DNA from: Candidatus Cloacimonadota bacterium
GTDB lineage: Bacteria > Cloacimonadota > Cloacimonadia > G963667145
DNA: 64,000 bases
NCBI GenBank assembly: GCA_963667255.1
Contig: OY762940.1
Location: forward strand, 1 to 64,000
Direction: 5' to 3'
Shown: positions 20,762-31,088 of the stretch, in pieces
How the letters are laid out: every line of letters begins with the position of its first letter
Numbering within the stretch: position 1 is the stretch's first letter
Program-made: the position numbers and the translations under genes
Notes under the pieces: model-generated
The model's input: the letters and a program-made list of their open reading frames with translations, nothing else
Databases searched by the model: none
What the model was told of the DNA's origin: nothing

Positions 20762-21159
20762 TATTTAATAATCTCCAAAAATTTATCATAATATCTTATA
20801 TAGTCACTCTCGTCATAATGCTCACTTGCCAAAACCAATAAAACACAATCTGGAGAAAAATTTTTCATTTCTCGCCAAATAAGACCTTCAATAAAAAGAC
20901 CTTGATTTGGATTAGTAAGTGAAATTTCTTCTCTATTTTTACCATCATCAAGCACAAAAGTGCAACTTCCCTTTACAGCAATAGCAATTTGTTTGAGATT
21001 TATATGTGAATGAAAACCTCTTTCTACACCTTTTTTAGTATCAAAAATATAGTAGACTCTCTTTATTAGAAAAGGAACGTTATAGCCTTGCTCTATAGCG
21101 ACAAGGGAACCTCTATCATCCCCCAATGTCTTAAACTCTACTAATTTATAACTTGCCAT
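20761..21159 (-). CDS. fdtA: dTDP-4-keto-6-deoxyglucose 3,4-ketoisomerase (FdtA/QdtA cupin)
   Basis: [35 protein letters not shown]. Confidence 0.9.
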   Translation of the reverse strand: MASYKLVEFKTLGDDRGSLVAIEQGYNVPFLIKRVYYIFDTKKGVERGFHSHINLKQIAIAVKGSCTFVLDDGKNREEISLTNPNQGLFIEGLIWREMKNFSPDCVLLVLASEHYDESDYIRYYDKFLEIIK

Positions 21160-22216
21160 TTTTTTTCGTTTTATTATTTTTATACCACTCATAAATTTTT
21201 CTCAAACCATCTTCTAATTCAATAAAATATTCCCACCCCAAAGAATTCAACTTCGCTGGATTAGTCAACTTAATCATTGTCCCATCTGGTTTATCGCTAT
21301 TAAAAAATAATTTGCCTTTGTAGCCAACAATTTTAGAAATTAACTCCGCCAACTCTTTAATCGACAAATCTTTTCCTGTCCCAATATTCAAATGTGTATT
21401 TCTAATTTGATTTTCATCGAAAGAAAAACAATCTTTGAAATCAACATTTTTCATAACAAAAACACAAGCATCTGCCATATCATAACTATGCAAAAACTCG
21501 CGTTTTGGCTTGCCTGTCCCCCAAATCTCCACTTGCTTTTCATCAACCCCAAATTTTGCTAAATATTTTTTTGCTTCTTCAATATTTGATACTCCCAAAT
21601 CGGCAACAACTTTATCATATTTTTTTTCTTGAAGTAATTTTGCTAAATGAATTTTTCGCAAAAGTGCCGGTAACACATGAGACTTTTCCAAGTCATAATT
21701 GTCGTTTTCACCATAAAGATTTGTCGGCATCACCGAAACAAAATTCGTTCCATATTGCAAATTATAAGCTTCACACATCTTAATTCCAGCAATTTTAGCA
21801 ATAGCATAGGGTTCATTAGTATATTCTAACTCAGAAGTGAGCAAAGAATTTTCACTCATCGGCTGGGGAGCATTTTTAGGATAAATGCAAGTGCTACCAA
21901 GAAAAAGTAATTTTTTGACTTTATGCAAATAACTTTGATGAATGACATTATTTTGAATTTGCAAATTTTCATAAAGAAAATCAGCACGATAAGTATTGTT
22001 AGCAACTATACCGCCAACTTTGGCAGCTACCAAAAAAACATATTCGGGTTTTGATTGTTTAAAAAAATCGGCAACTGCAACTTGATTAAGCAAATCTAAC
22101 TCTTTATGAGTTTTCAAAATCAGATTGTTGTAGCCATCCGACTTTAATTTTCTAACAATCGCACTGCCAACTAAGCCTCTGTGACCTGCTACATATATTT
22201 TAGAGTTTTTGTTCAT
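21146..22216 (-). CDS. fcl: GDP-L-fucose synthase (intact copy)
   Basis: YVAGHRGLVGSA, AAKVGGI, FLGSTCIYP, YAIAK, MPTNLYG, WGTGKPKREFL. Confidence 0.95.
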   Translation of the reverse strand: MNKNSKIYVAGHRGLVGSAIVRKLKSDGYNNLILKTHKELDLLNQVAVADFFKQSKPEYVFLVAAKVGGIVANNTYRADFLYENLQIQNNVIHQSYLHKVKKLLFLGSTCIYPKNAPQPMSENSLLTSELEYTNEPYAIAKIAGIKMCEAYNLQYGTNFVSVMPTNLYGENDNYDLEKSHVLPALLRKIHLAKLLQEKKYDKVVADLGVSNIEEAKKYLAKFGVDEKQVEIWGTGKPKREFLHSYDMADACVFVMKNVDFKDCFSFDENQIRNTHLNIGTGKDLSIKELAELISKIVGYKGKLFFNSDKPDGTMIKLTNPAKLNSLGWEYFIELEDGLRKIYEWYKNNKTKKNGKL

Positions 22217-22225
22217 GATTTCCCT

Positions 22226-22917
22226 TGTCCAGTCCTAAAATAGTGGACTCAGTTTTTTATTAATTATGCAGCTTTCTGCATCTCCAAAAAAACACTTTGT
22301 GGTGTTCTATAATCCAAACTCATATGATATCGTTTATTGTTATAAATATCAACAAAATTCTTCAACTCTCTTCGCACTTCCTTCAAACTTGAAAAAACAA
22401 CATTAAAACCAAATTCGTTCTTCAAAGTATTAAAAACTCGCTCTGCACAAGCGTTATCATAACATTTGCCCGCACCGGTCATGCTCCTTCTAAAATTATT
22501 TTTCTTCAAAAAATCAGTGTATAATTTGCTTGTATATTGCACTCCTTTGTCGCTATGATGTATGCAATCTTTAGGCAACTTATATTTTTTCAATGTCTTC
22601 CGCATAACCTTAACCGACTCTTCAGCCAAAAGAGTTTGAGCCACATTATAACCCAAAATTTTTTGCTTGATTTCCTCAATCTCTTGCAAAGCAGGGTACT
22701 GATCTGATAGTTGCACAAAGATTACCTCCTTACAGGGCGTGTCATAATTAACTTTTTTCAACCATCGATAAATAGTTGGAAATCCCTCTCCATAATATTT
22801 ACCCGCTTCCAAAACCGTCAATTTTTTGTTTTTGACATTCTTTCTGAAAGCTTTTGAATATCTATCTCTTTTATCCAAGTTTCCTCCTAATGGAGTCCAC
22901 TTTTTCAGGACGAGGTA
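22226..22917 (-). mobile_element. Internally deleted IS3-family element (692-bp derivative of 45662-46971)
   Basis: Same ends as the full copy (TGTCCAGTCCTAAAATAGTGGACTC / GAGTCCAC..CAGGACGAGGTA). Four internal deletions; no target duplication. Confidence 0.9.
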
Positions 22918-22928
22918 AAGCAATTCAT

Positions 22929-24257
22929 TTATTTATAAAACTCTCTAATCTTCTCAATCATATACCCTATCGCATCATCACTCATTCCCGGATAAACTCC
23001 TATCCAAAAGTTGTTATTCATTATCTTATTCGTATTAGTAAGCTTTCCAACAACCTTATAATCTTCATTTAATTTCATAGTTTCAAACATTGGATGTTTG
23101 CTTATATTCCCTGCAAAAAGGTTTCTTGTTTGAATATTATTTTTCTCTAAATACCCCACTATCTCATTTCGAGTAAATTTAGCTTTATCTGTCAAAGTGA
23201 GCATAAAACCAAACCAGCTTGGCTCACTATTTTTTGTAGCTTGGGGCAAAATAAAATAATCTTTCAAATTTTGTAGTCCATTTTTTAACAATTTAAAATT
23301 CTCTTGTCTTTCTTTTATAAAGAAAGGCAATTTTTCAAGTTGTGTAAGTCCTATTGCTGCCTGCATATCGGTTGCTTTTAAATTAAAACCAAAATGCGAA
23401 TATACATATTTGTGATCATATCCAGTAGGCAAAGAGCCAAATTGTTTAGAAAATCTTTGGCCACAAGTGTTGTCAACACCGCTTTCGCACCAGCAATCTC
23501 GTCCCCAATCTCTCATTGAAAGTATGATTTTTTTTAAAATTGGATTGTTTGTATAAACAGCTCCTCCTTCACCTGTGGTTATGTGATGAGGAGGATAAAA
23601 AGAGCTTGTTCCAATATCGCCGAAAGTTCCTGTAAATTTGTTATCATATTTTGAGCCGAGAGCATCGCAATTGTCTTCAATAAGCCAAAGATTGTATTTA
23701 TTACAAAAATCTTTTACAGCTTTAATATTAAAAGGGTTACCAAGAGTATGAGCAAGCATTACAGCTTTTGTTTTATGACTTATAGCTTTTTCTAATTCAT
23801 CAATGTCAACATTGTATGTTTCAAGTTCAACATCTACAAAAACAGGGACAGCACCATATTGTACAATTGGAGCAACGGTTGTAGGGAAACATGCTGCAAC
23901 AGTTATAACCTCATCACCTCTTTTGATTTGTCTTGTCTTTAATAAAGGGGATGTTAAGGCAAAAAAAGCAAGCAAATTAGCAGAACTTCCAGAGTTAACA
24001 AAAAAAGAGTATTTAATTTTAAGGAATTCAGCTAATTTTTTTTCAAACTCCTTTGAATATTTGCCGTAAGTAAGCCAAAAGTCCAAAGAGCTATCAACAA
24101 GATTAATCATCTCTTTTTCATCAAAAACCCTACCTGCATAATTAACTCTATCTTTATTCGGAACAAACTTTTTTTTCTGTTGTGATTGATGAACAAGTCT
24201 ATAATACTCTTCAACTTTTGTTAATATCTCTTTTTTAAGTTGTTTTTGTTGTGTCAT
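22929..24257 (-). CDS. rfbH: CDP-4-keto-6-deoxy-D-glucose 3-dehydrase (E1; RfbH/DdhC)
   Basis: NSGSSANLLA, EDNCDALG, SFYPPHHITTGEGG (His in place of the PLP Lys), RDWGRDCWC..G.DNTC iron-sulfur motif, YDHKY. Confidence 0.94.
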   Translation of the reverse strand: MTQQKQLKKEILTKVEEYYRLVHQSQQKKKFVPNKDRVNYAGRVFDEKEMINLVDSSLDFWLTYGKYSKEFEKKLAEFLKIKYSFFVNSGSSANLLAFFALTSPLLKTRQIKRGDEVITVAACFPTTVAPIVQYGAVPVFVDVELETYNVDIDELEKAISHKTKAVMLAHTLGNPFNIKAVKDFCNKYNLWLIEDNCDALGSKYDNKFTGTFGDIGTSSFYPPHHITTGEGGAVYTNNPILKKIILSMRDWGRDCWCESGVDNTCGQRFSKQFGSLPTGYDHKYVYSHFGFNLKATDMQAAIGLTQLEKLPFFIKERQENFKLLKNGLQNLKDYFILPQATKNSEPSWFGFMLTLTDKAKFTRNEIVGYLEKNNIQTRNLFAGNISKHPMFETMKLNEDYKVVGKLTNTNKIMNNNFWIGVYPGMSDDAIGYMIEKIREFYK

Positions 24258-24261
24258 TATC

Positions 24262-25185
24262 TTATTTTCCTTCCCAAATATTATCTATTGCTTTAAGATA
24301 TGGATCATCTTTAACTGTTTCTTTATCAAGTTGGTTCAAATTGAACCTAAAATACTCTCTCATTTTATTGATGGCTTCTTTATGGGATGTGAATCGAAAA
24401 TACCCAAGTTCCTTCATCAATCTATCATTATTTGATGTATATTCGTTATTTAGCCCATCATTTAAAACTCTTATTTCAGATGTAAAATTACTTACTTCAT
24501 TGACTATATTTGCCAATGTTACCAAATCTACTTTTCCCCCAGTAGTCACATTATAGATTTTTTCTTTTGCATCATTATGTATAAACCAATCTATTATTTT
24601 GAGTAAATCATCTATATAAATATAATCAAAATAAACATTTTTATTTATCACGATTGGTAAATGCAATAAATTCTTTACAATAGCATTAGATATAAATTTA
24701 TATCGATAATTTTCATACTCTCCATAGGCTCCAAAAATTCTAAGTTGAACTAAATTCTGTGATTTTTCTATATATTTTGAAGTAATGGTCTTGTAAAAAC
24801 CATACTCATCCAAGGGCAATGATTGATTGTAATCTTCCTCTTTTGCATCAATTATTGGCTTATGCTTACCATACTCTGCACCGCTACCAAAAGAGATGAT
24901 TTTTTGCACATTTTTTTCATGTTTTGCGATATTAAAAAAAATTCTAATATTATACTCTGTAAGATTTTTCATATCTATCGTATCTCTTCCACCACCACGA
25001 TTTGCTAAATGGATAATAATGTCTATCTTATTTGATACTATATAGTTATCAACTGCTTTTTCATCTGCCAAATCTAATTCTTTACTTGATGGAGTAAAAA
25101 GAGTATAAGTTTCATAATTTTTGCGGAGATACTCTTTGAGATGAAAACCTACAAAGCCATTTGCACCTGTGATGAAGATTTTCAT
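24262..25185 (-). CDS. NAD-dependent SDR reductase/epimerase (YerF-like by context)
   Basis: TGANGFVG, FGSGAEYG, YGFYK; lies between the ThDP enzyme and rfbH. Confidence 0.75.
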   Translation of the reverse strand: MKIFITGANGFVGFHLKEYLRKNYETYTLFTPSSKELDLADEKAVDNYIVSNKIDIIIHLANRGGGRDTIDMKNLTEYNIRIFFNIAKHEKNVQKIISFGSGAEYGKHKPIIDAKEEDYNQSLPLDEYGFYKTITSKYIEKSQNLVQLRIFGAYGEYENYRYKFISNAIVKNLLHLPIVINKNVYFDYIYIDDLLKIIDWFIHNDAKEKIYNVTTGGKVDLVTLANIVNEVSNFTSEIRVLNDGLNNEYTSNNDRLMKELGYFRFTSHKEAINKMREYFRFNLNQLDKETVKDDPYLKAIDNIWEGK

Positions 25186-25187
25186 AA

Positions 25188-26933
25188 CTACTCTTTCAAT
25201 GGCTTAATAATCATAAGAGAATATAAATCTTTCCTATCCAAAAATGGATGCATATCTTCAATTGGTTTATTTACAATTAATTTCGGCTCTACTGTTGTCA
25301 TTTGAAACGGCAATTCAATATTTATAAGTTCTGGTTTATCTGTAGAAAAAATATTTTTTAATTCAGAATCAAGAGTATTCATATCTGTTATAAGTCTTGA
25401 ATCAAGGTCATAAGCTTTTGCGATTTCAACAAGATTAGGAACACTATAATCATCAACAGTACCTAAATATTTTTGTTCAAAATAAAGTTCTTGAAATTGT
25501 CTTACCATCCCTAAATTTTTGTTATTAAGTACAAAGATTTTAATTGGCAAATTTCTTCTTTTTATAACTTCTAATTCTTGAATATTCATTTGAATTCCAC
25601 CATCACCAGCAATCACGACTGTTCTTGTATTCGAACCAATACAAGATCCAATTGAAGCAGACAAAGCAAATCCCATCGCACCCATTCCACCAGAAAATAG
25701 CACTCTTTGATTTTCTTTTGTATTCAAGGATTGTGCAGTCCACATTTGATGTTGCCCTACATCCACACACACTATTTCATCACTTAAGTAATTTGCAATT
25801 TTTGACACTACTATATTTGGTATTTTTTCTTGATTATCAATGTCAATTGTCGAAGAAAATTTGCTTTTATATTTATTTAAATGAACTAACCAATCTTTTG
25901 TATCTATTTTTAAAGATTGTGAACTTAATTTTTCCATAAATTCTTTTACATCTGAATTAATTTTTAAATCAACTTTGATTTTAGAACCTAATTCATTTTT
26001 ATCAATATCAACTTGTATAATTTTTGCTCCTCTAGCAAAGGTATCTAAATTGGTTCCTGTTTGTCTTGTGTCAAGTCTTGAGCCTAAAACAAGTATCAAA
26101 TCACTATTTGCTAATGTTAAATTCCCATATCTATTACCATACGAGCCAATCAAGCCCATATTGTGTTGATACCCTCCACTAATTGCATCTTTACCCATCA
26201 ATGAATAGACAATTGGCAAATTATATTTTTGTAAAAAATATAATAATTCGTTTTGAGCCTTAGATAATCTTACACCACCACCAACTAATACAACTGGCCG
26301 TTCTGAAGCATTTAAAAGTGATACAGCCTCATCAATACTGTAATCATTTTTATTATTTAAGTTGTAGTATTCTTCACTATCAAAAAAAGATTTTAAGTTC
26401 TCAATGTTAATCTCACTTCTTTGAATATCCATTGGAATATCAACTAAAACTGGACCTTTTCTACCATGTTGCGAAATATAATAGGCTTTTTCTAATTCAT
26501 ATCGTATATTTTCTACTTTATCTATAATAACTGCATATTTCACTATTGGCTTTACAATGCTTACAATATCTGTTTCTTGAAACCCAATTTGTCTAACTGG
26601 CTTATCATATTTATATTCATAAGTATTTACTTGTCCAGTGATAAACATAGTCGGTACTGAATCAAAAAAGCAACTTCCAATTGGAGTGATAAGATTAGTA
26701 GCTCCTGGACCACTTGTAGCAAATACCACTCCAGATTTCCCAGTCACTCTAGCATACCCTTCAGCAGCAAAACCAGCCCCTTGTTCATGAATACAATTTA
26801 CTATCTCAATTTTTTCATTTGTTGCAATTGAATGATAAATATGTGCCACTGCACCACCAATATATCCAAAAACTTTATCAATACCTTTTAGAAGCAAAAA
26901 ATTTATCACATAGTTTGATATTTTAGATTTCAT
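25188..26933 (-). CDS. ThDP-dependent acetolactate-synthase-like enzyme (YerE-like by context)
   Basis: HEQGAGFAAEGYAR, TSGPGATN, DVGQHQMW, GDGG...NN ThDP motif; embedded in a CDP-sugar cluster. Confidence 0.85.
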   Translation of the reverse strand: MKSKISNYVINFLLLKGIDKVFGYIGGAVAHIYHSIATNEKIEIVNCIHEQGAGFAAEGYARVTGKSGVVFATSGPGATNLITPIGSCFFDSVPTMFITGQVNTYEYKYDKPVRQIGFQETDIVSIVKPIVKYAVIIDKVENIRYELEKAYYISQHGRKGPVLVDIPMDIQRSEINIENLKSFFDSEEYYNLNNKNDYSIDEAVSLLNASERPVVLVGGGVRLSKAQNELLYFLQKYNLPIVYSLMGKDAISGGYQHNMGLIGSYGNRYGNLTLANSDLILVLGSRLDTRQTGTNLDTFARGAKIIQVDIDKNELGSKIKVDLKINSDVKEFMEKLSSQSLKIDTKDWLVHLNKYKSKFSSTIDIDNQEKIPNIVVSKIANYLSDEIVCVDVGQHQMWTAQSLNTKENQRVLFSGGMGAMGFALSASIGSCIGSNTRTVVIAGDGGIQMNIQELEVIKRRNLPIKIFVLNNKNLGMVRQFQELYFEQKYLGTVDDYSVPNLVEIAKAYDLDSRLITDMNTLDSELKNIFSTDKPELINIELPFQMTTVEPKLIVNKPIEDMHPFLDRKDLYSLMIIKPLKE

Positions 26934-26942
26934 ACAACCCAC

Positions 26943-28019
26943 TCAATATTTTTCTTTTATATTTTCTAAATAATTATCTAAATCAAACTCAGATAAACAT
27001 TTTTTACCTTCATAAAACTCTTTATACCAATTAGCTGTTTTCTCAAAAGTAGTTTTATTGTCCCAAATACTTTTCCATTTTAAAATACTATTTGCCTTAC
27101 TACAATCTAATTTTAATAAATTAGCCTCGTGAATATTATTTTTGTTTTCTTCAACTTCATATTTTATTGAAGACCAAAAAGATTTCATATTCTCTACAAC
27201 ATTTAAAACTGAAAGATTCCCCTCATCTCCATTTGGACCAAAATTCCAAGCATCTGAAAATTGTACTTCTTTTTCCAATAACTTTTGCCCTAAAAGTAAA
27301 TATCCATTCAAAGGCTCTAATACATGTTGCCAAGGTCTGGTTGCTTCTGGATTTCTGATAATAACTTGTTCTCCTTTGCTTGTCGCTCTCATAATATCAG
27401 GAATCAATCTATCTTCCGCCCAATCTCCACCACCAATTACATTGCCAGCTCTACAACTTGCAAGTAAAATTTGATGAGTTTTCCCAAAATCTTTAACATT
27501 AAAAAAAGAATTTCTATAAGAAGCAGTCAATAATTCTGCACATCCTTTTGAAGAACTATAAATATCATATCCACCCATAGGCTCATTTTCTCTATATCCC
27601 CAAATCCACTCTTTGTTTTCATAACATTTATCGCTCGTTATGTTCACGATTGCTTTTACTGATGAGCTAAAACGACATGCCTCAAAAACATTCAAAGTTC
27701 CCATCACATTAGTTTCATAAGTTTCAATAGGATCTAAATATGATTTTCTAACTATCGGCTGAGCTGCAAGATGAAAAACTATTTCTGGTTGATGTTTGTT
27801 AAAGATTTTTTCAAGTTTATCTTTATCTCTAATGTCGCCTATTATTGAATTGAGATTAAGATTAAGCAATTCAAAATGATTGGGTTCGCTAGGAGCTGGC
27901 AAAGAATGACCAATAACTTTTGCTCCCAATTTGCTAAGCCACAAAGCAAGCCAAGAACCTTTAAAGCCGGTATGACCTGTGATTAAAACTTTTTTGTTCT
28001 TGTATATATTACCAAACAT
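26943..28019 (-). CDS. rfbG: CDP-glucose 4,6-dehydratase
   Basis: TGHTGFKGSWL, HLAAQPIVR, TSDKCYEN, RAGNVIGGGDW, RPWQHVLEPL. Confidence 0.95.
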   Translation of the reverse strand: MFGNIYKNKKVLITGHTGFKGSWLALWLSKLGAKVIGHSLPAPSEPNHFELLNLNLNSIIGDIRDKDKLEKIFNKHQPEIVFHLAAQPIVRKSYLDPIETYETNVMGTLNVFEACRFSSSVKAIVNITSDKCYENKEWIWGYRENEPMGGYDIYSSSKGCAELLTASYRNSFFNVKDFGKTHQILLASCRAGNVIGGGDWAEDRLIPDIMRATSKGEQVIIRNPEATRPWQHVLEPLNGYLLLGQKLLEKEVQFSDAWNFGPNGDEGNLSVLNVVENMKSFWSSIKYEVEENKNNIHEANLLKLDCSKANSILKWKSIWDNKTTFEKTANWYKEFYEGKKCLSEFDLDNYLENIKEKY

Positions 28020-28792
28020 TACCAAACCTCCCAAGGAGCTTCTCCTGCTTCCCACAGCATTTGTAATTGCTGTTTATCTCTTAATGTATCCATTGGTTGC
28101 CAAAATCCTGTATGCTGATAGGCAAAAAGCTCGCCATCTTTTGCAAGATTTTTAAGAGGTTCTTGTTCAAAAACACAAGATTCGTTATCGCTTAAGTAGT
28201 TAAATATTTTTTTATCACATACAAAAAAACCACCATTTATCCAGTTCTTGTCATTTTGAGGCTTTTCAATAAAACTTTTAACTTTCATACCATTTTGTAT
28301 ATCAAGGTTACCAAATCTTGCTTCTGGTCGTATAGCAGTCGTTGTTACTATTTTTTTGTATTTTTTATGGAATTTTATAGTCTCTAATATATTTACATCA
28401 CTTACACCATCACCATAAGTTAATAAAAAAGTGTCGTCTTCAATATACTTTTGTGCTTTTTTTATTCTTCCCCCAGTCATCGTATCTAAACCCGTATCGG
28501 CAAGAGTAACTATCCAAGGCTCACTTTTATTACTATGAACTTCCATTTTATTTGTTTTTAAATTAAATGTGATATCACTTTGGTGTAAAAAGTAATTAGC
28601 AAAATACTCTTTTATATAATAGCCCTTGTAGCCGAGTAGAATAACAAAATCGTTAAAACCATAATATGAATAAAGTTTCATAATGTGCCACAAAATTGGT
28701 TTCCCGCCAATTTCTACCATTGGTTTTGGCTTTATATCAGTCTCTTCTGATATTCTTGTTCCGTAGCCACCTGCTAATATTACAACCTTCAA
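28019..28792 (-). CDS. rfbF: Glucose-1-phosphate cytidylyltransferase
   Basis: ILAGGYGTRISEET..KPKPMVEIG, TMTGGR, TYGDG, WINGGFF, FWQPMDTLRDK. Confidence 0.95.
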   Translation of the reverse strand: MKVVILAGGYGTRISEETDIKPKPMVEIGGKPILWHIMKLYSYYGFNDFVILLGYKGYYIKEYFANYFLHQSDITFNLKTNKMEVHSNKSEPWIVTLADTGLDTMTGGRIKKAQKYIEDDTFLLTYGDGVSDVNILETIKFHKKYKKIVTTTAIRPEARFGNLDIQNGMKVKSFIEKPQNDKNWINGGFFVCDKKIFNYLSDNESCVFEQEPLKNLAKDGELFAYQHTGFWQPMDTLRDKQQLQMLWEAGEAPWEVW

Positions 28793-28815
28793 ATTATATC
28801 TCCTGCATAAAGTTA

Positions 28816-30981
28816 TTAATTATGTTCATACCACTTATAAACTTGTTTCAAACCATCCTCTAATTCAATAAAATATTCCCACCCCAAAGAATTCAACTTC
28901 GACGGATTAGTCAACTTTATCATTGTGCCATCAGGTTTGTCGCTATTAAAAAATAATTTACCTTTGTAGCCAACAATTTTAGAAATTAACTCCGCCAACT
29001 CTTTAATCGACAAATCTTTTCCTGTTCCAATGTTTAAATGTGTATTTTTAATTTGCTTTTCATCAGATGGAAAACAATCTTTGAAGTCAATATTTTTCAT
29101 CACAAAAACACAAGCGGCTGCCATATCATCACTATGCAAGAACTCTCTTCTCGGCTTCCCCGTGCCCCAAATTTCCACTTGTTTTTCATCAACCCCAAAC
29201 TTTGCCAAATATTTTTTTGCTTCCTCAATATTTTTGGCTCCCAAGTCAGCTACAACTGCATCATATTTCTTCTCTTGTAATAACTTCGCCAAATGGATTT
29301 TGCGAAGCAATGCAGGTAAAACATGAGATTTTTTCAAATCATAATTGTCGTTTTCACCATAAAGATTTGTGGGCATCACCAAAACAAAATTTGTCCCATA
29401 TTGCAAATTATAGGCTTCACACATCTTCATTCCGGCAATTTTGGCAATGGCATACGGCTCATTAGTATATTCTAGCTCAGAAGTGAGCAAAGAATTTTCG
29501 CTCATAGGTTGAGGAGCATTTTTAGGATAAATGCAAGTGCTACCAAGAAAAAGCAATTTTTTGACTTTATGCAAATAACTTTGATGAATGACATTATTTT
29601 GAATTTGCAAATTTTCATACAGAAAATCTGCTCTATAAGTGTTGTTAGCAACTATTCCACCAACTTTGGCAGCTGCTAAAATAACATATTCGGGCTTATC
29701 TTTTTTAAAAAAATCGGGAGCGTGCATTTAATTGGGTCTAATTTCCACTCCTTTTGAATAATTATTGAACCAAATTTTTAAAAAATGATTCATATTTTTT
29801 TCAGATTTAAATCCGTCTAAATTTTTTAATTTCCTATTCAATTGTCGATTAATATTTTCAATTTTATTTGTTGTTTTATCCAAAAAATCGTAATGAAAAT
29901 GAGCAGTTAATAAACCAAAGTTTCGATTAATTGATTTAATAAAACGCTTATGAATTTTTAGGCGAAAAAATTTTTCATAGTGATTAAGCGAACTTAAATT
30001 ATTTTCAGCTTCTTGTAAAGTTTCAGCATTTAAAATGCTCTTAATCAAGTTCTTAAAGAAAATATTTCGTCTAAAAAACTTACTCTTTTTTGTTTTAGGA
30101 ACATTGATATTAACGCTTCTTAAATAATGAACCAAGCAAATTTGATGTGGAACATCTTCAAAAAGTTGGTTAACTGGCTTAACAAAGCACTTCCCTCGCC
30201 CAAAATCTGACACAATCCCAATTATTTTGTTGTCATACATTTTTTTTAGTCTATTCAAAAAGTCTTCAGATGAACTACTATGTTCTCTATCATAAATCTT
30301 GTAATATATTGGTTTATCAAGTAGTTTGCTACTGGCGACTAAGACAACTTTTCGCTTACCGTTTATCTTAATTTCCTTGCCATCAATATAAATTGTTGTC
30401 TCATCTATATTGCTGTGTAACACATTATCCTGATATAAATTAGCTCGCTGAGGTATCCAATTAAGAATACTATTTTTACAAATCCCATGTCTTTTAGCAA
30501 CTTCAGAAAGAGAACTTTTGGTTGAAATATAGTCAGTAACAACCTTATCTTTGAATTTTGGTGCAAAATGAGTTCTCTTATTATATCCAAAATTGGTAAA
30601 ACTTATTTGGCAATCTTTACAATAAAATCGTTGCGTTTTGACTTTAATTTTCCCACGATTAGTTGTTCTTTCAGAGAAAATATATCCCTTCTTTTTTGTG
30701 TTTAAGCTATCACAATTTGGACAGTGTTTTTTTTGATTATACTCATGGCATTTTAATAAATGTTCATAACTTATTCTGTCAAACATAATTAGGTCTTATT
30801 TCAGACCCAGTTATTTGCACACTCCCAAAAAATCGGCAACTGCAATTTGATTAAGCAAATCTAACTCTTTATGAGTTTTTAAAATTAGATTATTGTAGCC
30901 ATCTGATTTTAATTTTCTGACAATTGCACTACCAACTAAACCTCTGTACCCAGCCACATATATTTTAGAGTTTTTGTTCAT
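28816..30981 (-). pseudogene. fcl: Second GDP-L-fucose synthase copy, split by an IS
   Basis: 5' part 30827-30981 (MNKNSKIYVAGYRGLVGSA...AVADFF) joins in frame to KKDKPEYV... once the IS at 29716-30826 and one TSD copy are removed. Confidence 0.92.
29716..30826 (-). mobile_element. IS element, 1111 bp, IS256-like with a Zn-ribbon transposase (CDS 29728-30786)
   Basis: Terminal IRs GGGAGCGTGCATTTAATTGGG / CCCAGTTATTTGCACACTCCC. 8-bp TSD AAAAAATC. Transposase has CPNC..CKDC, IDG, VSD, HQICLVH, TTNKIENIN. Confidence 0.92.
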
Positions 30982-31088
30982 ATTCGCCTTAAATCAATTA
31001 AATATTATCTCTTACTACCAAACAAACAATCGCTGTAAAAGAATAAAAATGGAGTTGTAGTATCAATGCATAAAGTGCAAATAACATT

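Noticed and set aside
25188..26933. Calling the ThDP enzyme ilvB and the amidotransferase an asparagine-biosynthesis gene
   Set aside because: No ilvN/ilvC neighbours; both sit among nucleotide-sugar genes, so glycan roles are more likely.
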